Below, piece after piece: positions 56,954 through 64,000 of a stretch of DNA of 64,000 nt (positions are counted from its first letter, which is position 1; every line of letters begins with the position of its first letter). The position numbers and the translations under genes were made by a program. The notes beneath the pieces were generated by a model that saw only the letters and a list, made by a program, of their open reading frames with translations, did not search any database and was not told the origin of the DNA. The stretch is from Thermoplasmata archaeon (lineage in GTDB: Archaea > Thermoplasmatota > Thermoplasmata > Lutacidiplasmatales > UBA184): NCBI GenBank assembly GCA_021790425.1, contig JAJYEA010000001.1:67015-131014 (forward strand), written 5' to 3'.

Positions 56954-58125
56954 TGACGCGGCATCTCCTGTCGGGGAATCAGGCCGTCGGCGAGGCGGTG
57001 CGCCTGGCACGGGCCCAGGTGGTGGCCGCCTACCCGATCACCCCCCAGACCACGATCGTCGAGCATCTGGCCGAGGCCGTCGGGAAGGGAGACCTCCTGG
57101 CGGACTTCATCACGGTCGAGAGCGAGCACTCGGCGATGGCGGCCTCCGTGGGCGCGTCGATCGCCGGGGCCCGCGCCTTCACCGCCACCTCGAGCCAGGG
57201 TCTCGCGCTCATGCACGAGATGCTCCACTGGGCGTCCGGCCAGCGGACCCCCGTCGTCATGGCGAACGTGAACCGCGCGCTCGCCCCCCCGTGGAACATC
57301 TGGGTGGACCACTCGGACTCGATGGCCCAGCGCGACACCGGCTGGATCCAGGTCTACGCGGAGACGAACCAGGAGGTCCTCGACACGATCCTCCAGGTCT
57401 ACCGGTTGGCCGAGGACAAGCGGGTCATGGTGCCCGCGATGGTCATGCTCGATGCCTTCTCGCTGTCGCACACGTACATGCCGGTCGACGTCCCGGAGTC
57501 GGACGTGATCGACCGCTACCTTCCCCCGTACTCCCCTCCCCAGAAGGTGCTGCCCGAGACCACGCAGCTCTTCGGGTCCTTCTCGCCCCCGGAGCTTTGC
57601 TACATGGAGCTCCGCCACGACCTCGAGGTCGCGATGCACCAGGCCCGGATACTCCTGCCCCAGGTGGAGGAGGAGTACACCCAGCTCACCGGACACCCGT
57701 CCTTCGGCGCCGTGGACGAGTACCGGACCGACGACGCGGAGGTGGTGCTGATGGCCATGGGCTCGCTCGCGGCCACCGCACGCGACGCGGTCGACGCCCT
57801 GCGCCGGGAAGGCAAGAAGGTGGGGCTCGCACGGATGCGGCTCTTCCGGCCCTTCCCCGCGGATGCGGTCCGATCGCTCGGGGAGCGATTCCACCGGATC
57901 GCGGTGCTCGACCGGGCCGTGTCCTACGGGTCCGGAGGACCGCTGGCGGGCGAGGTGCGCGCCGCACTCCTCGGGATCGCCGACCCGCCCGTTCTCGCCG
58001 CCTACATCGCCGGCCTCGGCGGGCGCGAGGTCACCCAGGAGCAGATCCGCTCGATCTTCGAGCGGCTGCTGAGCGGCAACGGTCTCCCCTCGGAAGAGTG
58101 GGTCGGACTGAAGGTGGAGGGGTAA
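56953..58125 (+). CDS. porA: pyruvate:ferredoxin oxidoreductase alpha subunit
   Basis: GNQAVGEAVRLARAQVVAAYPITPQT. TGATG overlap with porD. GGAGGG RBS. Confidence 0.9.
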   Translation: MTRHLLSGNQAVGEAVRLARAQVVAAYPITPQTTIVEHLAEAVGKGDLLADFITVESEHSAMAASVGASIAGARAFTATSSQGLALMHEMLHWASGQRTPVVMANVNRALAPPWNIWVDHSDSMAQRDTGWIQVYAETNQEVLDTILQVYRLAEDKRVMVPAMVMLDAFSLSHTYMPVDVPESDVIDRYLPPYSPPQKVLPETTQLFGSFSPPELCYMELRHDLEVAMHQARILLPQVEEEYTQLTGHPSFGAVDEYRTDDAEVVLMAMGSLAATARDAVDALRREGKKVGLARMRLFRPFPADAVRSLGERFHRIAVLDRAVSYGSGGPLAGEVRAALLGIADPPVLAAYIAGLGGREVTQEQIRSIFERLLSGNGLPSEEWVGLKVEG

Positions 58126-58127
58126 CC

Positions 58128-59009
58128 ATGGTGAAGCTCACCCTGCCCGAGGCCGAGCTCATGGACGGGGGGCACGTCGCCTGCCAAGGGTGCGGAGCGG
58201 CCCTCGCGATGCGCCTCTTCCTGAAGGGCACCGGCCCGGACACCGCGCTCGTCATTCCCGCGTGCTGCTGGGCGGTCATCGCCGGTCCCATGCCGACCAC
58301 CTGCCTCCGGGTGCCCACGGTCTTCTCCGCCTTCGAGGCGACCGCGGCCGTGGCCTCCGGGCTCAAGGCCGGCCTTCGCCGGACGGGCGCCCCGAAGACC
58401 ATCGTCGCGGGCTTCGCGGGCGATGGCGGTACCGCCGACATCGGTATCCAGGCGCTCTCCGGCGCGGCCGAGCGCAACGAGGACATGATCTATGTCTGCT
58501 ACGACAACGAGGCGTACATGAACACGGGCGTCCAGCGCTCGGGGGCGACCCCGCCGGGCACCTGGACGACGACGACCCCGCGCGGCCTCGAGAAGTCCAC
58601 TCCCAAGAAGGACATGCCGGGGATCATGGTGGCGCACAAGGTCCCCTACGTCGCGACCCTGAACCCCTCCTTCCCGGAGGACTTCGTGGCCAAGGTCAAG
58701 AAGGCCGCGTCCCTCCCGGGGCTCCGTTACCTGCACGTGCTCGCCGACTGCCCGACCGGATGGAAGCACGACCCCGCCCTGATGGTCGAGGTGGGCCGCC
58801 TGGCCACCATGAGCCACTTCTTTCCCCTCTACGAGGTGGAGAACGGCCGGTACCGGATGACGTGGGAGCCCGGACAGCCCGCCCCCGTGGCGAAGTACCT
58901 GAAGGGGCAGGGACGCTATTCCCAGCTGACCGACGCCGACATCGTCAAGGTCCAGAGCGATGTCGACGCGCGCTGGGCGGCGCTGAAGAAGCTCACCACC
59001 CCCGCGTAG
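58128..59009 (+). CDS. porB: pyruvate:ferredoxin oxidoreductase beta subunit (TPP-binding)
   Basis: CQGCGAALAMR and GDGGTADIG TPP motifs. GGTGGAGGGG RBS. Confidence 0.9.
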   Translation: MVKLTLPEAELMDGGHVACQGCGAALAMRLFLKGTGPDTALVIPACCWAVIAGPMPTTCLRVPTVFSAFEATAAVASGLKAGLRRTGAPKTIVAGFAGDGGTADIGIQALSGAAERNEDMIYVCYDNEAYMNTGVQRSGATPPGTWTTTTPRGLEKSTPKKDMPGIMVAHKVPYVATLNPSFPEDFVAKVKKAASLPGLRYLHVLADCPTGWKHDPALMVEVGRLATMSHFFPLYEVENGRYRMTWEPGQPAPVAKYLKGQGRYSQLTDADIVKVQSDVDARWAALKKLTTPA

Positions 59010-59144
59010 GTCTGGCGATCGCGGGAGGACCCGAGCCCTGCGGCCCGTGACCGGGGAGCTCCCGCACCTCGGTACGACCTATATTGACCATATCGGTTAG
59101 ACAAAACTGTCATAAAGCCCCCGCGGCTGGGTCGCTCGATCATC

Positions 59145-60188
59145 ATGCCCGAACGGGGGGGACCAACCCAGGAGACGATGCTGCGGGCCCTGAAGCTGAT
59201 GGTGACGGGCCGCGTGGCCGACGAGCGGAGCGTGAACCTGCAGCGCCAGGGACGGATCGGTTTCTATGTCCAGATGGACGGGCAGGAAGCGGCCCAGGTC
59301 GGATGCGGGCTCGCCCTGGAGCCGGAGGACTGGGTGGTCCCGGCCTACCGGGAGCTCGGCGTGGCGCTCGCGCGGGGGGTCCCGCTCCAGACGCTCTTCG
59401 ACCAGTTCTACGCCAACTCCAACGATGAGAACAAGGGACGCCAGATGCCCACCCACTACGGCTACCGGGCGTACCGCTACGTGACCGCCTCGAGCCCGGT
59501 GGGTACCCAGATCATCCACGCGGTGGGCCTCGGCATGGCGGCCCGCTACAAGGGGGAGAAGTCCGTGACGGTCCCCTTCTTCGGGGATGGCGCGACCAGC
59601 TCGAGCGACTTCCACGCGGGGCTCAACTTCGCGGGGGTCTACAACGCCCCGGTCGTCTTCTTCTGCCAGAACAACGGGTGGGCCATCTCGCTCCCGCGGG
59701 AGAAGCAGACCCGGTCGAAGACGCTCGCCGGGAAGGCCGAGGCCTACGGCATCCGCGGCGTCCAGGTCGACGGGAACGACTTCGCCGCCGTCTACCGCGT
59801 GGTGCAGGAGGCGCGGGAACGGGCGGTCTCCGGAGAGGGGCCCACGCTCGTGGAGGCGTTGACCTACCGCATGGGTTCCCACTCCACCTCGGACGATCCC
59901 ACGCGCTATCGTTCTACGGCCGAGGTGGCGTCGTGGAAGCAGAAGGACCCGATCGAGCGGCTCGCGCGCGACCTCATCGCGCGCGGGTGGATCACGGAGG
60001 ACCAGTTCGAGGCCCTTCAGGAGGCCGCCCGGGCCGAGGTCCAGGCCGCCATCCAGACGGCCGAACAGACCCCGCCGACGTCGCCCGACACGCTCTTCAC
60101 CGACGTCTTCAAGAGCAATCCCAGTTACGTCGAGGAGCAGAGGGCCGAGCTGAGCGAACTCGTGCGGGAGGGAGTGGTGAAGCCATGA
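59145..60188 (+). CDS. 2-oxoacid (branched-chain/pyruvate) dehydrogenase E1 component alpha subunit (TPP)
   Basis: GDGATSSSDFHAGLNFAGVYNAPVVFFCQNNGWAIS TPP motif. YRxGxHSTSDDP phosphorylation-loop-like region. AT-rich box (gtcataaagcc) ~28 nt upstream of the ATG. Confidence 0.9.
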   Translation: MPERGGPTQETMLRALKLMVTGRVADERSVNLQRQGRIGFYVQMDGQEAAQVGCGLALEPEDWVVPAYRELGVALARGVPLQTLFDQFYANSNDENKGRQMPTHYGYRAYRYVTASSPVGTQIIHAVGLGMAARYKGEKSVTVPFFGDGATSSSDFHAGLNFAGVYNAPVVFFCQNNGWAISLPREKQTRSKTLAGKAEAYGIRGVQVDGNDFAAVYRVVQEARERAVSGEGPTLVEALTYRMGSHSTSDDPTRYRSTAEVASWKQKDPIERLARDLIARGWITEDQFEALQEAARAEVQAAIQTAEQTPPTSPDTLFTDVFKSNPSYVEEQRAELSELVREGVVKP

Positions 60189-61165
60189 CGCAGGTCACGC
60201 TGATCCAGGCCATCAACCAGGGGCTCCGGCAGGCCATGAAGACCGACCCGGACGTCGTCCTCATGGGCGAGGACATCGGGGTGAACGGTGGTGTCTTCCG
60301 GGCGACCGACGGGCTCTACAAGGAGTTCGGGGAAGCACGGGTCATCGACACCCCCCTGAGCGAGAACGGGATCGTCGGGATGGCGATCGGGATGGCGCTC
60401 TACGGCCTCAAGCCCGTCGCGGAGATCCAGTTCATGGACTTCATCTACCCCGCCTTCGACCAGATCGTCAACGAGGCGGCGAAGTTCCGGTACCGGTCGG
60501 GCGGCCAGTTCCCCTGCCACGTGGTGATCCGTACCCCCTTCGGGGGCGGGATCCGGGGCGGGCTCTACCACTCGCAGAGCACCGAGCAGCTCTTCGCGAG
60601 CACCCCGGGGCTCAAGGTGGTGATCCCCTCCACCCCCGCGGATGCGAAGGGGTTGCTCCTCACCGCCATCCACGACGAGGAGGACCCCGTCATCTTCCTC
60701 GAGCCGAAGAGGATCTACCGCACCGCGACCGGCGAGGTGCCGGAGGGCGACCACCGGATCCCGTTCGGAAAGGCCCGGGTGGTGAAGGAGGGGAGCGACG
60801 TCACGGTCGTCTCCTACGGCGCGATGGTCCCCCAGTCCCTCCAGGCGGTCAACGCGGTGGAGAAGATGGGCGTCCACGCGGAGCTCATCGACCTGCGCAC
60901 CCTCGTCCCCCTCGACTACGAGACCGTCCTCCGGTCGGTCGAGAAGACCGGTCGCGCGGTGATCGTCCACGAGGCGTCCAAGTTCGCCGGGTTCGGCGCG
61001 GAGCTCTCCGCGATCATCTCCGAGCGGGCGCTCTACCACCTCAAGGCCCCCATCCTGCGGATCGCGGGATATGACACTCCGTTCCCCTACGCCCTGGAGA
61101 ACCTCTACCTGCCGAGCGTCGACCGGATTGCGCGAGGGATCGAGCGGACCGCCACCGCGACCTAG
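60185..61165 (+). CDS. 2-oxoacid dehydrogenase E1 component beta subunit
   Basis: Transketolase-like pyrimidine-binding and C-terminal domains. ATGA overlap with E1alpha. Confidence 0.9.
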   Translation: MTQVTLIQAINQGLRQAMKTDPDVVLMGEDIGVNGGVFRATDGLYKEFGEARVIDTPLSENGIVGMAIGMALYGLKPVAEIQFMDFIYPAFDQIVNEAAKFRYRSGGQFPCHVVIRTPFGGGIRGGLYHSQSTEQLFASTPGLKVVIPSTPADAKGLLLTAIHDEEDPVIFLEPKRIYRTATGEVPEGDHRIPFGKARVVKEGSDVTVVSYGAMVPQSLQAVNAVEKMGVHAELIDLRTLVPLDYETVLRSVEKTGRAVIVHEASKFAGFGAELSAIISERALYHLKAPILRIAGYDTPFPYALENLYLPSVDRIARGIERTATAT

Positions 61166-61184
61166 GGTCGCGGGGGCTTGAACC

Positions 61185-62477
61185 ATGTACGAATTCCGGC
61201 TGCCGGACATCGGAGAAGGGGTCGCCCAGGGAGAGGTCGTCAAGTGGCACGTCAAGGTCGGTGACGCGGTCCGCGAGGACCAGCCGCTGCTCAGCGTCCT
61301 GACGGACAAGGCGAACGTGGAGATCCCCTGCCCGGTCCAGGGCAAGGTCACCGCCCTCCACGCCCAGGAGGGCCAGGTGGTCCCGGTCGGCTCCCTGCTC
61401 GTCACCTTCGAGACCGAGGGCAAGGCGCCGCCCCCTGCCGCCCATGGCGTGGCGGCTGCCCCCCCGCCGCCCGCGGCAACCCCAGCTTCCCCACCCCCGG
61501 CTCCCTCGGCCACCGTGGTCACCACCCCGGCCATCCGACGGCGGGCCAACGAGCTCGGGGTGGACCTGCGCCTGGTCCCGGGGACCGGGCCCTCCGGCCG
61601 GATCGTCGACGCGGACCTCGACCGTTTCGTGAAGGGCGGGGGCAAGGCACCGCCCCCTGCCGCCCCGGGTGCACCGCCTGCGCCGCCTGTCCCGGCGTCC
61701 CCTCTCGGGGTCGCCCGTGCCGCCATCCCCTCCCCGCCGCAAGCCCCCTTGGTGACAGGGGAGGGAGCTCCCCTTCAGGAGCGGGTCCCCATCCGTGGAC
61801 TCCGCCGGACCATCGCGGAGCACATGGCGCTCGCGAAGTCGCGCGCGGCCCACTTCACCTACGTGGAGGAGATCGATGTCTCCGAGCTCGTGCGCGTGCG
61901 GGAGCGGGCGAAGAAGCGGATGGAGGAGAAGGGGGTCCCGCTCACCTATCTCCCCTTCATCGTGAAGTCCGTGGTGGAGAGCCTGAAGGACCATCCCACC
62001 CTGAACGCGCTCATGGACGACGAGAAGGGCGAGCTGGTGGTCTGCCACTACTACCACATCGGGGTCGCCACCGCGGCGCCGGACGGACTGATCGTGCCCG
62101 TGGTGAAGAACGCCGACCACAAGTCCATCGCGACGATCGCGAAGGAGATCGAGGACCTCTCCGCGCGGGGCCGGGCGGGGAAGCTGTCCCGGGAGGAGCT
62201 CACCGGCTCCACCTTCACCATCTCGAGCCTCGGCGCCCTGGGCGGTGTCCTCGCCACCCCCATCCTCAACTACCCCGAGGTCGCGATCCTGGGCGTGCAC
62301 AAGATCGAGAAGAAGCCCGTGGTGCTCGCCGACGGGACGATCGGGATCGGTCACCGGATGAACCTCTCCATCAGCCTTGACCACCGGGTGGTCGATGGCT
62401 ACGTCGGCGCCCAGTTCCTCGCGGCGGTCAAGGGGCGGCTCGAAGACCCGCACCAGCTCCTGCTGGAACTGCGATGA
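61185..62477 (+). CDS. 2-oxoacid dehydrogenase E2 component (dihydrolipoamide acyltransferase), single lipoyl domain
   Basis: Lipoyl motif LSVLTDKANVEIP. E3-binding domain TPAIRRRANELGVDL. Catalytic DHRVVDG. Confidence 0.9.
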   Translation: MYEFRLPDIGEGVAQGEVVKWHVKVGDAVREDQPLLSVLTDKANVEIPCPVQGKVTALHAQEGQVVPVGSLLVTFETEGKAPPPAAHGVAAAPPPPAATPASPPPAPSATVVTTPAIRRRANELGVDLRLVPGTGPSGRIVDADLDRFVKGGGKAPPPAAPGAPPAPPVPASPLGVARAAIPSPPQAPLVTGEGAPLQERVPIRGLRRTIAEHMALAKSRAAHFTYVEEIDVSELVRVRERAKKRMEEKGVPLTYLPFIVKSVVESLKDHPTLNALMDDEKGELVVCHYYHIGVATAAPDGLIVPVVKNADHKSIATIAKEIEDLSARGRAGKLSREELTGSTFTISSLGALGGVLATPILNYPEVAILGVHKIEKKPVVLADGTIGIGHRMNLSISLDHRVVDGYVGAQFLAAVKGRLEDPHQLLLELR

Positions 62478-63562
62478 GCGCCGCGGTGGCGGGACTCGTC
62501 CCCCTGCCGTACGGCCGGGAGGACCTCCCCGGGCTCCTCGGGCCGAACTGGGAGGAGTGGCTGAGGACCGCCTACCGCTGGATGCTCCTCGGTCGTGTCC
62601 TCGACACCCGGATGCTCGGGATGCAACGCCAGGGCCGGGTGGGGTTCTACGGTCCCGCCACGGGGCACGAGGCGGCCAATGTCGGCCTGGCGCTGTCGCT
62701 CCGGAAGGAGGACTGGGTCTTTCCCGGTCTCCGGGAACAGCTCGTCGCGCTCGCCCGGGGCCACCCCCTGGGCCAGTACGTGCACCACCTCTTCACGAAC
62801 GGTGTCGACCCCTGCAAGGGACGCCAGATGCCGTGCCACCCCACTGCGCGGGAGGTCCACTACGTCTCCATGTCCAGCACGGTGGGCTCCCAGATCATCC
62901 ATGCCGTCGGATGTGCCTACGCCATGCGGCTCCGGAAGGACCCCGGGGCGGCCGTGGCCTGTTTCGGCGACGGGGCCACGAGCACGAACGAATTCCACGC
63001 CGGGATGAACTTCGCCGGCGTCTACCAGCTGCCGGTGCTCTTCTTCTGCGCGAACAACCAGTGGGCCATTTCCCTGCCGGTGTCGAAGCAGACGAGGGTC
63101 CCGGTGCTGGCCGACAAGGCGGGGGAGTACGGCTTTAACGGGGTACGAATCGACGGGACGGATGTGATTGCCGTGTTCCACACCGTACGGGCCGCGCGGG
63201 AGCGTCTGGCGGAGCAAGGACCCACCCTCGTCGAACCCCTCGTCTACCGGATGACGCCGCACACGTCCTCGGACGACCCCACCCGGTACGTCCCGAAGGG
63301 ATGGATGGAGGAGGCGGCCGCGCACGACCCGCTTACCCGTCTCGAGGAACTGCTGGACCGCACGGGCGTCCTCGCGGTGACGGCCCGGGAGACGCTCCGG
63401 CAGGAGCTCGAGACCGAACTCCGCAAGCTCATCGCCGAGGCCGAGGTCACCCCTCCCCCGGGTCCCGACACGCTCTTTGTGGACACGTTCCGGGACACCT
63501 TCTGGCCGCTGACCGAGGACCGGGATTCCTTCGATCGAGAGCAGGGAGGGCATTTCCCATGA
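62474..63562 (+). CDS. second, divergent E1 alpha paralog (TPP-dependent 2-oxoacid dehydrogenase alpha) between E2 and E3
   Basis: GDGATSTNEFHAGMNFAGVYQLPVLFFCANNQWAIS. Roughly 50-55% identity to the first E1alpha by eye. ATGA overlaps at both ends. Confidence 0.85.
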   Translation: MSAAVAGLVPLPYGREDLPGLLGPNWEEWLRTAYRWMLLGRVLDTRMLGMQRQGRVGFYGPATGHEAANVGLALSLRKEDWVFPGLREQLVALARGHPLGQYVHHLFTNGVDPCKGRQMPCHPTAREVHYVSMSSTVGSQIIHAVGCAYAMRLRKDPGAAVACFGDGATSTNEFHAGMNFAGVYQLPVLFFCANNQWAISLPVSKQTRVPVLADKAGEYGFNGVRIDGTDVIAVFHTVRAARERLAEQGPTLVEPLVYRMTPHTSSDDPTRYVPKGWMEEAAAHDPLTRLEELLDRTGVLAVTARETLRQELETELRKLIAEAEVTPPPGPDTLFVDTFRDTFWPLTEDRDSFDREQGGHFP

Positions 63563-64000
63563 CGCGAACCGTGGACGTCCTGGTCATCGGAGGGGGACCG
63601 GCGGGCTATGTCGCCGCTCTCCGCCTGGGACAGCTGGGGCGCAAGCCCCTCGTCGTGGAACGAGAGTACCTCGGAGGAGAGTGCCTCAACCGCGGGTGCA
63701 TCCCTTCCAAAGCCCTGATCCATGCCTCTCACCTGTACGCTACCCTGCGCCGCCACGGCGCCGAGATGGGCCTTCATGCCGAGGGGACGACGGTGGACAT
63801 CCCGGCCATGCAGGCCTGGAAAGGAGGCGTCGTGGAGAAGGAACGCAAGGGGATCGAGACGTTGTTCCGTTCCGCGGGCGTCGAGTGGGTGAAGGGCACG
63901 GCCCGTCTGACCGGACCCACCACCGCACAGCTTGACGACGGGGAGTCGGTGTCGTTCCAGGCGTGCATCCTGGCCACCGGGGGATACCATGTCGCGCTCC
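63559..64000 (+). CDS. lpdA: dihydrolipoamide dehydrogenase (E3), 3'-partial
   Basis: FAD motif VLVIGGGPAGYVAA and redox disulfide GGECLNRGCIPSK. ORF runs off the window end. Confidence 0.85.
   Translation, partial: MTRTVDVLVIGGGPAGYVAALRLGQLGRKPLVVEREYLGGECLNRGCIPSKALIHASHLYATLRRHGAEMGLHAEGTTVDIPAMQAWKGGVVEKERKGIETLFRSAGVEWVKGTARLTGPTTAQLDDGESVSFQACILATGGYHVAL

Overview
This is a ~67% GC archaeal chromosomal window with no rRNA genes or CRISPR arrays. Archaeal identity is supported by the rps13-rps4-rps11-rpoD(Rpo3) block, Alba, archaeal-type TIM, a fused ADP-forming acetyl-CoA synthetase, two-subunit OFOR plus four-subunit POR, and TATA/leaderless promoter architecture. The acid-protease (sedolisin/thermopsin-like) content and N-glycosylated surface proteins suggest a Thermoplasmatota-like organism, but that is inference. 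About 55 protein genes are supportable. Core metabolism: aconitase; AspA/FumC-family lyase; korAB; porGDAB immediately followed by a 2-oxoacid dehydrogenase operon E1alpha-E1beta-E2-E1alpha'-E3; ADP-forming ACS; TIM; Mrp/ApbC; rhodanese; two MFS transporters. Translation/transcription genes: S13, S4, S11, RpoD, Alba. Two tRNAs are present: tRNA-Leu(CAA) and tRNA-Pro(CGG). The main accessory content is as follows. (1) A complete IS256-family insertion sequence at 4254-5585 with ~22-bp imperfect terminal inverted repeats and a 9-bp target-site duplication. (2) Three giant paralogous C-terminally membrane-anchored surface proteins: two carry an N-terminal sedolisin (S53) protease head and one a GH25 muramidase head, each followed by a PKD domain and 6-7 copies of a ~93-aa two-Cys Ig-like repeat, encoded by near-identical ~280-bp tandem DNA repeats. 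(3) A YVTN beta-propeller surface protein with thermopsin-like 'TFTESGL' repeats. (4) A hypothetical-PadR-SAM methyltransferase operon with a 32-bp near-perfect palindromic operator overlapping its promoter. (5) A sphingosine-1-phosphate-lyase-like PLP enzyme co-operonic with an FGGY kinase. (6) A novel acidic-linker coiled-coil protein pair. Gene starts frequently use GTG/TTG. Operon-first genes look leaderless, with a TATA element ~25-30 nt upstream of the start codon. Operon-internal genes use GGAGG-type Shine-Dalgarno sites and ATGA/TGATG start-stop overlaps.
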